This document shows, in pieces, positions 1-11,999 of a DNA stretch of 64,000 nt; position 1 is the first letter of the stretch, and each line of letters starts with the position of its first letter. This stretch comes from Eledone cirrhosa. Its lineage: Eukaryota. The notes under the pieces were generated by a model that was not told where the DNA came from, made no database searches, and worked only from the letters and a program-made list of their open reading frames with translations. Location: contig OZ024746.1 in assembly GCA_964016885.1 (NCBI GenBank), positions 41,540,001-41,604,000 on the forward strand. The letters are read 5' to 3'. The translations under genes and the position numbers were made by a program.

Positions 1-230
1 AGTTATATTTCAAAACAGTCTTTTATGGGAATGTGTTCAGTGATCTCAGTGCATCTCTTATATATACCAACATCACTACAGATGTCTTCTTCCTAAATAC
101 ACACACACATATATATAAGCACACACTCTGTCTTTTGAGGCATTTTTGTCCATTGCTGTCATTGACAATGTTTGGCTGTTTTAACAGCTGTTCTAGCAAT
201 GAGTTTTCTCATTTTTCTATGAATTCAAAT

Positions 231-262
<32 letters not shown>

Positions 263-264
263 GT

Positions 265-405
265 GAAGGAGTCAGGATCCCGACGGCTGAACTCCTGCCA
301 TTTCAACTGCTACTTCCGAACGGAGCTCAGCCATCAAGGTCCCAGCTCCTTCTTATTACCACACTCTACTAACCCAAGTATCAAGTACTCAGGTGAGTAA
401 TAGTC
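265..405. mobile_element. Fold-back remnant of non-coding PLE-like family B (3' half of HHR plus 3' tail)
   Basis: gaaggagtcaggatcccgacggctgaactcc ... ggagctcagccatcaaggtcccagctccttc is an imperfect inverted pair; similar to 1495-1630 and 32080-32128. Confidence 0.55.
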
Positions 406-1203
406 TAACAGATTTTTATTGCATCCATTCTGATATATATATATATACAGAGAGAGAGAGAGAAAGAGAGAGAGAAAGTAGTTTTAATAGTACATGTTGA
501 GTATAAAGCATACCACTAACCATGGTGATAAGTTGACACAATCTCCACAGTAATAGACATGTTTGTGTAAGTTGTTGACTGCAATGAGTGTACTCTTGTT
601 TCACTTGATTGGGAGATGTTCAAGTAATGAAATGAATAAGGTTTCTCCTTTGTATATATATACCTGTCTTTGTGTTTGCCAGTCACAGTAAGGATAAGAA
701 AAGAGAAATAAAAGGTGATGTATATATAGAAGTGTGAGGTATTGTTCAGTAAACAATGGAGATTATATCACTGACTATTCTTTATGGAAATGCTTCTGCC
801 ATTATCTCTGCAGGGCATAGTTGAGATATGATGTTCAAATGAGGGTGTAGAGTTTGCTACTTTCATTTATTTGTTTGTTTTTGTTTAGTTTTTTTTTTAT
901 ATGTATATTTATCAAATATACATATAAAATGCTTGGATTTTGAGTTATGGCTTTTGATGTTTAATTAATTTGTTTTAAATCATTTGAACAATTTAAAAAA
1001 AATAAACTACAATGTAAGTCAACTTTCTTACCAAGGAATGTAATTGGTTTTGTAATGAATTTTGAAGGAGGCTGTTTTCTTTTAAATGGATTATAAACAA
1101 TTAGATATATATTATGATATATATATTATATCTCCTCATTGGTTCAATCTGATAATTGGTTCCTTTCCTTTACTACACACACACATGTATGTGTGTGTGA
1201 TGA

Positions 1204-1247
<44 letters not shown>

Positions 1248-1349
1248 TCATTTTATACAGGCTAAGTAGTGAGACTATTTAAACTCTAGTTGAGCATTAA
1301 GTACTCCTTTCTCTTGGCCATCAACTACATATTGATATATATATATATA

Positions 1350-1632
1350 GTGATAGAACACTGGTGGGTTATATCTGCAGGAGTAGAGCACTCAGTCCAT
1401 GGCACGAGTTTGGTAGAGGTTGTTCCACAACAGTTAATACAAATTGTTCTTGGAAATGATGTATTAACTGTTGTGGAACTACCTCTCTCTTTCGGATCTA
1501 GCTGTTGAAACAGCCAGAGCTCAGCCGTCGGGGTCCTGACTCTATTCCTATTACCCATTCTACTACCCCTAAGTATTGAGTACTCTGGTGCATTATGGCC
1601 CACCTGGTTCCTTACCACACTTTCTTTGTTAT
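1350..1632 (+). mobile_element. 5'-truncated family B element: 26-bp hairpin, 3' half of an HHR, conserved 3' end running into (TA)n
   Basis: Hairpin 1415-1440/1461-1486; gaaacagc-cagagctc-agccgtc-gggg; tail ...cctggttccttaccacac..ttgtta shared with 6660-6750 and (inverted) 30803-30883. Confidence 0.65.
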
Positions 1633-1718
1633 ATATATCATCATCATCATCTTTTAACGTCCATCTCCCATGCTAGCATGGGTTTGGACATATATATATA
1701 TATATTATTTGTCGGGCA

Positions 1719-1840
1719 TCCACTGATGATTTATAAGTGCCCACCTACATATATTCCTACGGACTATGTGTAGGCTTCTACATAACCTGGACATTATTTT
1801 CCCAATTTGTAGAAAACTTATAATGAAACGATCGTTTGGA
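1719..1840 (+). ncRNA. Type I hammerhead ribozyme, family A (branched stem II), in a ~310-bp insert at 1710-2020
   Basis: tcca-CTGATGA(1723)-t-ttataagt...acttataa-t-GAAA(1825)-cgatcg-TT-tgga; internal hairpins cctacatata/tatgtgtagg and ttctaca/tgtagaa. Confidence 0.85.
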
Positions 1841-2017
1841 AAGAGAGATGTATTTTAATTATGTCTCATATAAAATAATACAACTGGCTATCTGCAAAAT
1901 ATGTATAGTTAGCACCCCAAACGTATAACTGGGATTATACTAAGGTATATCCTAATGTTTGTTGAGTGAGATGGAAGCCGGTCGGAGTATTGCTTAAAGC
2001 TTTCTCTGTTAATGTAT

Positions 2018-2059
<42 letters not shown>

Positions 2060-2066
<7 letters not shown>

Positions 2067-2120
2067 ATATTTGGGGATGGTCATGTTGCCAATATTGCCA
2101 ATAGAACGAAACACATGCAA
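2060..2120 (-). mobile_element. Short 3' fragment of the family seen at 44829-45393 and 47295-47473
   Basis: ttgttatatttggggatggtcatgttgccaata...aaacacatgca matches 44830-44876. Confidence 0.55.
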
Positions 2121-2379
2121 CATATAATTTTAACTTTATCACATTACAGAAGAAAGCTCAAATCATTTGTCTGTTTTACATCTGAAAAGAGAGTAATATC
2201 CCCGAAATATCATGGTATAATACACTGGCTAAAATATTGCTTTAATTTGTTTTCTTTTGTTTCATTTACCATCATTTGCCCTTCATATTTTCTATGACAT
2301 TGTACCAACTTTTAAAAAACTTATTGCTCATTTACTACATATCTCACAATGCTATTAACTACACTACTCTATATACACA

Positions 2380-2510
<131 letters not shown>

Positions 2511-3324
2511 GGAAGTATGCATATGTGTGTGTTTGCATACACATATACATACATTGTTCACTTATATCTTAATATTAAGTTATATAACCCTGAAACCTGT
2601 TCATTGTGTACTCAAGTAGCATTTTTGCTTGAAGATGCATTCCTTATGTATTTTGAGAAATAATTAGATCAGTGCTTTATCTAGGTATAGCTGAAAATAT
2701 ATTTATTTAGTTGTCATTCTGTAGTGACTAGTCAGCATCAAATTTGAGGAATTGGTAATTCACAAGTTTTCACAATTTGTTTATGCTATGTAACTTACTC
2801 ATCTTTTTCCATTTCTCCGAGGGTTCTTAACCCCACTATCAGGCTAAATAATTTCTTTAATTTCTTTAGTCAAAATACGGCGATAGCTTACATTTATAAT
2901 AATAATAATATATATATGTATATATATACATACCATGTATATATATATATATTAAATAAATTAAAACTCACTTATATTTTTCTGGTTGACATTCCTTCAG
3001 GTTCCACATCTTGAATCTAGAGCAGTTGCAGAAAGACATTTCGTATTCTGATATAACAAATATTATTATATTATGTATCTTTTTGTTTTGCTCAGTTAAG
3101 TCTTCGTAATATATTAAGTTATATACTATCATATATGTATATCTATCTATCTATCTATCTAAATATGCATACACATCCATACACAAGGAAGTGTATATAA
3201 ATATATATACATTCGTACCTACTCACATACACACACAATATATATATATCCAGGAGTTACTGTAGGTTCATATATATATGTATAGGAAGGCTCCTTAGAA
3301 TTTGTTGACAGCTTTTATTACCTA

Positions 3325-4372
3325 GATGATCAAATTAGCACAGTGGGGTAGGATGCATTGAATGTGTGATAGCTAGGATAAGAACAGGCTGGAAAAAGTT
3401 TAGAGGGCTGATACTACTGCTGGCAACAAAGGGCCTTTCTCTCAGAGTGAAGGGTAGATTGTATGATGCATGTGTGCAAACTGCAATATTACATGGAAGT
3501 GACATATAGGCTTTGATTGCAGAAGACCTGTGAAGGCTAGAAATGCTCCAAAGGATGTGTAATGTTAATGAGCATGAGCGACATAGCATAAGCAAACTGA
3601 GGAAAAATCTTGGCATAAAAGGAAAATTGGATGCAGTGTGCGAGAGAGAAGACTATGCTGGTATGGATATATGATGCATATGGGAAATAGCAGTTGCATG
3701 AAAAATGCAGAGAAACCCCAGTGGCTGGGAACCATGGATGAGGCAGACCCATGAATACAAGATGAGGTTGCGAAGATTGACCTTAAAAACTAAGCCTCAC
3801 AACAGAGATGACAATGAACCGTGACACCTGGCACTATTCTGTGTTGGTGAAGACCCAGCCAACAGCATACAATATGACCTTACTTAACCCCATATCCCCA
3901 TTTCCCCTAGTGCTCCCCATCAGCTATCCTCATCAGCATTCACGCCTTAGTTACTGCCCCCTCTAAAGCCCTTAGATACCCTCACTATCACACCCTAGTA
4001 GCTACTCTTTGATTTAAAAAGAGTTGAAATGATCTTTCAGTTGTGCCACAGCATGACAACCTCTCTAGTGCTGGTGATTTACATGATACATGCACCAAGT
4101 ACTTACTGTAAAGTGGTTTGTAATAGAAAGAGCATCCAGCTGTAGAAAATTTGCCAAAGGATTGGGAGGACCTTTTAGTTTTGTCAAAGACATGACAACC
4201 TTTCTTGTGGACTCAGTAGTATGTGAAACCATATATAAGTAAAATGCAGACCTCATGGCCTGTCTAGGAGGTCAGTAGTTCCACTTTAGTAATGACTTGG
4301 TCTGTGTTGACCCATCCAACCCTTGCTAGCAGGGGAAATGGACGTTAAACAAGGATGATGATGATAATGATA
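3325..4372 (+). mobile_element. Degenerate RTE-clade LINE 3' portion with 3' UTR and (ATG)n tail
   Basis: Similar to the RTE at 35230-36190 (R.GWKKF, RLYDACV.TA.LHGS); ends ggacgttaaacaaggatgatgatgat. Confidence 0.85.
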
Positions 4373-5157
4373 TAATACAATGTGTTGATGTAAGCGCCAT
4401 ACTTACAGCAAATCCATGCCTATGCTGAAGCAATTCCTGCACTGAAGTGTGGGCATGAAATTTGAGTTTGTTTTCATACCAAGAAACATATAAACTAGAG
4501 GTAAAATATCATAAGTTTAATCATAATTTTAAGATATGCAATATGCTCAAAATATTTCATCACTTTTCTTTCCCCCTCTCTCTCGAAAATAATATTGTAT
4601 TGAAAATACACACAATTGTTCTGCAGGATAAAAGTACAATGAATAAGCTACTCTCAAATCCGGTCAGTAAACACTGCACAAACAATACCAGCCTTAAATT
4701 GATGTAATACAGACCCAAATCAAATATGATAAGAAATACATGAATATAGCAAGAACTTTAAATTAGATATCCCCTAGAGTAAAGTCATATCTTACTATCT
4801 TACATTGAATTCTAAATTAGGAATGGTTGGTTTAAAGATGAAGCAGGCTACTCTACTGAATAAATAAATTGATTCATTACCTAAGGACATATCTGCAAAT
4901 TTATTGAGAAAGTAAAATGTAACTTTGTGTGATATTCATGCCTTTTGCAATGGCACAAGTGGTGTAAACTAGATCTGAGTTATGGAACTGAGTCCCCACA
5001 GTCAGTATAAGAACATTAGATCACTAATATTAGTAATTTTACAATTTAAATAATTTCTCTCTCTCTCTCTCTCTCTCTCTCCTTTGGCAAATTTTCTACA
5101 GCTGGATGCTCTTTCTATTACAAACCACTTTACAGTAAGTACTTGGTGCATGTATAG

Positions 5158-5291
5158 ATTATTTCTGAAGACAGCATATATATGTGTAGGTATGTATATT
5201 CCCTCTGATAGTTTGTAAAAATTTTACATAGATCTATATGATATACATACCAACACACACATATATATCCTAGAAACGATCGTAAAATGAT
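5158..5291 (+). ncRNA. Type I hammerhead, family C (long stem II), in a short insert at 5158-5348
   Basis: attattt-CTGAAGA(5165)...GAAA(5273)-cgatcg-TA-aaatgat; stem II helices atatatatgtgt/acacatatatat and ggtatgtatat/atatacatacc; homolog at 16963. Confidence 0.85.
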
Positions 5292-5368
5292 GAATTTTTT
5301 AATATAAGGAACTGTTTTTTTGTTTTTATTCATTATTTTTATTAATTTATATATATATATATATATAA

Positions 5369-6644
5369 TTAATACAATAACAGAAATAGTCTAAAGCTAA
5401 ACTCTGACTGGTAACCATCTCACTCAACAAACATTAGGTTATATTAAAATATAAACCCAATTTAAGTGTTTGGGGTGCTAACAATATGTATAATGTGGAA
5501 AAACCAGTTGTATTATTTTATGAGATATAATTAAAGTTAAAGTATATCTCTCTTTCCAAACAATTGTTTCATTATAAGTTTTCTACAAGTTTGGGAGAAT
5601 GTTTCCAGTTTATGTAGAAGCCTAATATATATATTCATGTAAGAGTATATTTAGGTGGGCACTTATAAATCATCAGTGGAAGCCCATTAAACATTGATAT
5701 AAGAAAACAATTTCTTACCGCTGTCAAAAATCATGTCCGTAAAGTCGCTCTCTCACCTCGAATGACCGCCAAATTTGAAATTCCAGCAGTTTTTGACTGA
5801 GGAAGTATCATAGCGACACGAAGCGGGAAGGGGAGACAACCCACGATCCACGAAATGAGAAAAAAAAAAAAATAATAATATACACGTGGGTTAATTAGTT
5901 TTTTTGAAAACATTATCAATCCAACGTGTTTAAGAACTCAATTGAAAATAAAAAAATAAATATATGCTTCTATAAATTACACACGCATATAGATATTTTC
6001 TTAGGCTAAATCAGAAGTTGTACCCGAATAAGAACCGCTTCTCATAACCGCAGTAAATGCAGAAAGTTATGTTATATAGGGCAAATGGGAATATAATTCT
6101 CCGGCCGAATTATTAAGAGTAAAATATAAAACACACGCGGGTTAATTAGTTATTTCAAAACCAATATTAATTCCTCGTGTAAAGAACTCAATTAATAAAA
6201 GAAAATAATTACATATATGCATGTAATTATATACGTAGGCATATGTATATATATCTTCCTAGGCTAAAAAACAGAGAAGTTACAACCAAAAAAAAGCCAC
6301 AATATTTCACAACAGTAATAAATATGGAAAGTCAAATTCAAAAGGTACCTGGAAATAAACACCTCTGGCCAATCAAGAGTAAATATTTAATACAATAACA
6401 GAGATAGTTTAAAGCTAAACTCTGACTGGTAACCATCTCACTCAACAAACATTAGGTTATATTAAAATATAAACCCAATTTAAGTGTTTGGGGTGCTAAC
6501 AATATGTATAATGTGGAAAAACCAGTTGTATTATTTTATGAGATATAATTAAAGTTAAAGTATATCTCTCTTTCCAAACAATTGTTTCATTATAAGTTTT
6601 CTACAAGTTTGGGAGAATGTTTCCAGTTTATGTAGAAGCCTAAT
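5369..6644 (-). mobile_element. Non-coding family A element, partial tandem (1018-bp monomer plus 258-bp terminal direct repeat)
   Basis: 5369-5626 is repeated almost identically at 6387-6644 (offset 1018); no credible ORF; internal degenerate ~250-bp duplication at about 5880 and 6132; 3' end matches the 1710-2020 copy. Confidence 0.8.
5554..5681 (-). ncRNA. Type I hammerhead, family A
   Basis: Minus strand: ttcca-CTGATGA-t-ttataagt...acttataa-t-GAAA-caattg-TT-tggaa. Confidence 0.85.
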
Positions 6645-6752
6645 GAAAATATTCAGAACATTTTCCTATTACCCACTCTACTATCCAAAGTATCGAGTAC
6701 TCTGGTGCGTTATGGTCCACCTGGTTCCTTACCACACTTCCTTTGTTATATA
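6645..6752 (+). mobile_element. Family B 3' end
   Basis: ttcctattacccactctact...cctggttccttaccacacttcctttgtta followed by (TA)n. Confidence 0.7.
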
Positions 6753-6872
6753 TAAATACATATATATATATATACATATATAAATTGAAGAAAATTAACA
6801 ATGTGTGTGTATATGAATATATATATATATATAAATTGAAGAAAATTAACAATGTGTATATATATATATATA

Positions 6873-6943
<71 letters not shown>

Positions 6944-7103
6944 TAATGCATGGTATTAGTTGGGCATTTAAGAAACTAGTAATTTCATAGTCTTGATTGA
7001 CAATGGCACATATTCTCTATTAACATAAGTTGTGTGTATGCTTCTCATCATTAATATTTTTCACTAATCGAGGGCTTATTCTTTCATAATACAAAATCAC
7101 AAT

Positions 7104-7160
<57 letters not shown>

Positions 7161-7393
7161 TATTTTATGATTTTTGATATTTTTATATATATATTTTTTT
7201 TTATCCTTCTATGATACAATTTTCTTTCTATTCTTTCGACTTGTTTTTACTGCTCATTGTCTTTTTCTGATAATCTTTCTATTTGTATTTCTTTATTATT
7301 GATTTATGCATCCATCCTCATTTATTTATCTTTCCTGGTGGGGATATCCTACTGGCCCCCTCCTTATATATATATATATCACAAATAAAAATC

Positions 7394-7540
7394 ATAGTTC
7401 ATTGTTTCTGAGGAAGTCAGTGAAATGGATCTAGGATGTCGAGACTAGAAAAGATGGTGACATAACTGCTACCTATTAGTCAATATATAGATGTAGTATG
7501 ATCAATCAACCCTCTGAATTTTCGTAAAACAATGAACTAT
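7394..7540 (+). ncRNA. Hammerhead-like motif with a 14-bp stem I and an expanded stem III region (one mismatch at 15.2)
   Basis: atagttcattgttt-CTGAGGA(7408)-agtc..gact-a-GAAA(7448)-aga...tcGTA-aaacaatgaactat. Confidence 0.65.
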
Positions 7541-7605
7541 TTATGAACCCCTATCTTTGACTTTTGTTTTATTTTCGCTGTTTAACACACACACACACAT
7601 ATATT

Positions 7606-7943
7606 CATTTCATCATTTCATTTTATGTCCGCTTTTTCCCTGCTTGCAAGGGTGGGACGGGAACTGATTCTGGCTTGATTTCTACAGCTGGATGCCCTTC
7701 CTAACACCAACCTCATTTACAATGAGTGCTGGGTGCTTTTTTGCCGTGGCACCTCCACGACCACTTTGCAGTGGAATGATAGGGACCCCAGTCCCTATCA
7801 TCTCATTTCTACAGCTGAGTAAACTGGAACAATGTGAAATAAAGTCTCTTGCTCAAGGAAACAACACATCACCCGGTCTGAGAATTGAACTCACAACCTT
7901 TCGATTGCAAGGCCAATGCTCTAACCACTAAGCCATGTGCCTC
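7606..7943 (-). mobile_element. tRNA-derived SINE with an RTE-type 3' tail
   Basis: Minus strand: A box tggcttagtgg, B box gagttcaattctc, central ttgagcaaga motif, tail gttaggaagggcatccagctgtagaa shared with the RTE 3' UTR. Confidence 0.85.
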
Positions 7944-7960
7944 CTATATATATGTATATA

Positions 7961-8144
7961 ATAATAATTGTTTCTACTTTAGGCACAAGGCCAGCAATTA
8001 CCCAGTGCATTACTGGTACTTTATTTTATCGACCCCGTAAGGATGAAAGGCAAAGTCAACCTCGGCGGGATTTGAACTCAGATCGTAAAGGGACGTAACT
8101 ATGCTGGAAAGCATGGCGTCCAGCCCTCTACCTATACTGCCAAT
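7961..8144 (-). mobile_element. tRNA-derived SINE, second family (Deu/Nin-like central domain)
   Basis: B box gagttcaaatccc; gcctttcatcctt..ggggtcgataaaataaagtacc; at least 7 copies in the window. Confidence 0.85.
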
Positions 8145-8248
8145 AATAAACAAAAGACAGTTACTTTAGACCATCCCAATTTATTTTATTATACGTATAT
8201 ATATATGTATGTTTTGAAACAGCGAGCAAGTTTGAAATTAGAAAATAG

Positions 8249-8439
8249 AAGCTTTCACTGTATTTTTTTTTACTAAAGAAATTTATCCTCATAGTGGAGT
8301 TTAAAACCCTCATAGAAATGGAAATAGATGAGTATTGACGTACATGTACGTCAATACTCATCTTTTTCCATTTCTCTGAGGGTTCTAAACCCCACTATCA
8401 GGCTAAAATTTCTTTAGTCAAAAAATACGGTGAAAGCTT
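8249..8439. repeat. Loop-less imperfect palindrome with ~95-bp arms
   Basis: Centre gagtattgacgtaca|tgtacgtcaatactc; outer ends aagctttcactgtatt / aatacggtgaaagctt; the right arm recurs at about 2797-2892. Confidence 0.85.
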
Positions 8440-8445
8440 GTACAT

Positions 8446-9305
8446 ATCATCATCATCATCATCATCGTTTAACGTCCATCTTCCATGCTTGCATGGGTTT
8501 GGACGGAATTTTCCCACTTGAGGCAAGATTGGTTGTCTTGCTTGTATAGGACTGTTTGGCGGTTTTCTACGGCTGGATGCCCTTCCTAACACCAACCATG
8601 TTTACAGTGTGGACTGGGAGGTTTTTACTGTGTTACCTACACGGCCACATTACAGCGTGGACTGTGTGTTTTTTGTCATGACACCTACACGACCTCATTT
8701 ATTTCGGACTTGATGTTGTGGTACCAACATAACTTTACATCGAAAGGTGTGGTGTGAATGGGGTGGGGGTCGTGGGACGGGGGTGTATTTTTGTTAGAGG
8801 TGCCTACTGACTAGGTTTTGCTTTGTACTTAGGCAAGGCGGGTCTTCTGTATTACTGTGTAGCGCCAAAGATCTCAGTCCAGTGACATTGTCTTGGAGAG
8901 GTGTAAGTGTGTGAGCTCAGAATTTATCAAGTCGTCCCAGGTTTTTCTGGGTCTGCCTACTCCGTGGCTACCGTCTATTTTTATTGCCCTGCACTTTTTT
9001 ATACAGCTGTCGTCTTTCATGCGCATCACGTGTACCAACTTAGTCTTCTCTCGAGTAAACAACATCTGATCCCTCTTATTCCTAATTTCTCCCTTAGTTC
9101 GTTTATGCTTTGCCGTTCATGTATATTACTATTACACATCCAGCGGAGCATGAAAGCTTTGTTCCTCTCCAGTCTGCGTATATCCTCTGCACACAATGCT
9201 CAAGTCTCACTGCCATGTAACATTGCTGTTCGTATGCAGGCATCATACAGCCTGCCTTTCATTTTTAGAGAGAACCCTTTAGCGCCCAATAGTGGTATAA
9301 GCTCT
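8446..9305 (-). mobile_element. RTE LINE 3' fragment, same subfamily as 34641-36190
   Basis: HVMRMKDDSCIKKCRAIKIDGSHGVGRPRKTWDDL, 3' UTR, and (CAT)n tail on the + strand. Confidence 0.93.
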
Positions 9306-9859
9306 CACTTATATATTCTCACTATATATATTCAATGACTATAACTACACATCTAGAAACCTTAGTAGAAAAAGCAAAACAAAGTGAAAAGTGCTAACTG
9401 TGCATACTTAAATTGAAACTATAAAGATTTCCTCATGTAAACATGGGGTCTAAAAACCTTAGCTCCACTACAAACTTAGAAATTTACACCATAAATAACA
9501 GGAGCATCATCCACTAACTTTACCCTGGTATTACAAACTCTCAACTCCTCCCCCATTGAAACCTCTACTTAACTACTACACTATTTATAGAGGAGTTTTA
9601 CTTACTGTGATTCTGTTTACATGTTAAAACTTCACATGTTTTCATCTTACTTAATTTTTGTTGTTACTGTACTTAATATTCTGATATTGTTCTGCATGCC
9701 TAGAGTTTATTTTACATTCTATTTAACTACCTTTCCTTTTCAAAACTGTACTAATAGTTTTACTAATATTTTTTCTTTTAGTCTATCATTACATTGTCAC
9801 GACCCACGACATGTGAATGAAAGAGGGTTGAAAGAAACTGTTTGAAAGCCTGTGGGATG

Positions 9860-10082
9860 AACTGTTCCTATAATTCCAAGGATCAGCTTCATCACACACA
9901 CTGTTGTATGCTGAATCTCCCTGAGAGTTACGTTAATGGTACACATATTTGTGGAATGCTCAACCCCTTACATTTTGCCAACTGAGTTGACTGGAGTAAA
10001 TGAAGGACACAACATGCTGTTGGGAGTTGGACACACAACTTTATGACTGAGATAAACACCATAACCACTAAGCCATATGCCA
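9860..10082 (-). mobile_element. Degenerate tRNA-SINE
   Basis: aaccactaagccat (A box, minus strand) and ctgagttgactggag motif. Confidence 0.6.
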
Positions 10083-10769
10083 TTACTTTCCATTTGTATT
10101 ATTTTTTACTCCAACTTCTTCCCCACCAATCTTCAGATTCCTGACATCTTATTTAATTATCGTTTCTTGTAGATATTTCATTTTTACTCTTATCTCTTAA
10201 ACCTTCAGCCTTAGTTTGCGGAAGTTTCCCTCGCTAGTGTATCTTTCACAGCCTACCACTTAATTTTCTATAATTATTTACATATGCAACTTATATAGCT
10301 CCATGCTGCCTGTTTTTTTTATTTTCTTCCCCTCTCCTTCTTATTCCTCTCCCCTCGTTTGACTTATTCTGTTCCCTCCCCCTCATCATTCTTCTTCTTC
10401 TTTTTCTTTTTCTCTAAAACAGATTACTTGGTGTGTGGGTGACCTGACATTATTTCTTGGTGTGTGGGTGACCTAACATCTTGACAACAACTTGCGGTAG
10501 AGAAGTGCCTAAATGTTTACATATAGATGTATAGCTATTCATCTTCACATGTTTACTTATTTCCTTAACATAAAAAAAGAACATTTATAAATTTCTGATT
10601 ATAGCTTCCTTTTTACTATAATTATCTTTATTTACACTATTTAACTTTAATATTTAATTTATATATACATTTCCTTTCACAATCGTTACATGTAAATGTG
10701 TTACTTTCTACTCCCTTACTTTCTCACTCTCCTTCAGTATATATATATATTTATAGTTTAATGAGACAA

Positions 10770-11060
10770 CAGACAGAGGTACAAAAGTCTTATTAGTTTC
10801 ACGCTTTATATAGAAAAGTGGAAAGAAAGTTTGATGTGTCAGACTTTAGCCCTTCTTCAGGAGTACAAAATTAGCGACAGGATCACAAAGGAGATACAGA
10901 AATAAAGATAGTCCAAATAAAGAAAAAAAATCGAAAATAAAGAGTGTAAATAAGACAAACCATTTGGTAGTCTTGGTAATGAGTTGGAACACAAAGTGAA
11001 GTGTGTGCGTATTAGTGTTGATATTATGTTTGAGTGTATGTGTATGTTTAAACGTCTGTT
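10770..11060 (-). mobile_element. PLE-type 3' terminal remnant with a decayed minimal hammerhead
   Basis: Minus strand cCTGAAGAagggctaaagtctgacacatca resembles the common PLE motif CTGAAGAAGGG..CCCGAAACGTC; adjacent to (TA)n. Confidence 0.4.
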
Positions 11061-11069
11061 ACTGGTGCC

Positions 11070-11960
11070 ATGAAGTACCTTCTCCAGCTCACTCTCTCTC
11101 CAGCTTTGTCATGTGAAGTGATCTTGCCTCTAACTCAGTGTCATCTTCAAGGACTTTCTTCAGTGTGATGTTTGGTCTCTCAACTCATCTGCATACATCT
11201 GTTTTTCAGAAAAGAACTCTGTCAGTGGTTCATTGTGACAAATCACATGTCTGGCTAAGGTAAGCCTCCTACTGTCAAAAAAGGCAAGGATGTGAACGAT
11301 AGAGTGATTTATTTATTACATGTGATTTCTAGGAGATACTCTGGACCTTTCTCAGCATTTGCAAGTATTTACTGTTGATCTTCTTTTTTGAATTTTTTTT
11401 TTTTTTTTGTTAATGTCCATAACTCACATCTGTTGCGGAGAATGGAATCAACTGTTGCTTTAAATAGACTTGTTTTCGTTTCTTTATTGATTGGAGATAC
11501 CCAGACTTTTGATAGGGATTTGAGAGTCACCCCCACCCCGACCATGCTTTGCCAATCCTGATTTACCACATCATGTTCAGTGTTTGTGTGACAGCCTAGG
11601 TAAAGAAGCCATCTACTACCTTGGTATCTTCACTTAGAAAAATTGTCAAGGTGGTACGGAATTACAAGAAAGAAGATGCAATTGTCTTCACAGTCTTCAA
11701 GAGGCTTTTGATTCAATCAATTGAAAGTGGATGCTCAAAATTCTTGTGTATGGGATCAAATTGGGAATGCAATTAAAGTAATGAATGTGAATAGTTCAGC
11801 ACTTGTAATGACACTTGAAGGAAACAGATTTAGTCTTCATCAATACCAGAGTCCTCCAGGGAGATCTGGCACCATTTTGTTTTGTAATCTGCTCTCATTA
11901 TGCAGTACATAATGTGACTACACCAACAGATGGGATAACACTGAAGAGTTGGCAAAGTAC
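11070..11960. mobile_element. Old RTE-like LINE fragment with internal inversion
   Basis: Minus strand KTSLFKATVDSILRNRCELWTLTK (11369-11569); plus strand remnants of RT motifs F..AFDSI (about 11696) and VLQGD.LAP (about 11850). Confidence 0.65.
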
Positions 11961-11999
11961 CATACTCCTCATTCAGTAGTCTTTCATAATGGCACTTCC

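Noticed and set aside
5797-5856. CTGAGGA...CGAAA on the + strand
   Set aside because: No stem I, II or III pairing found, and it is antisense to the element's supported HHR
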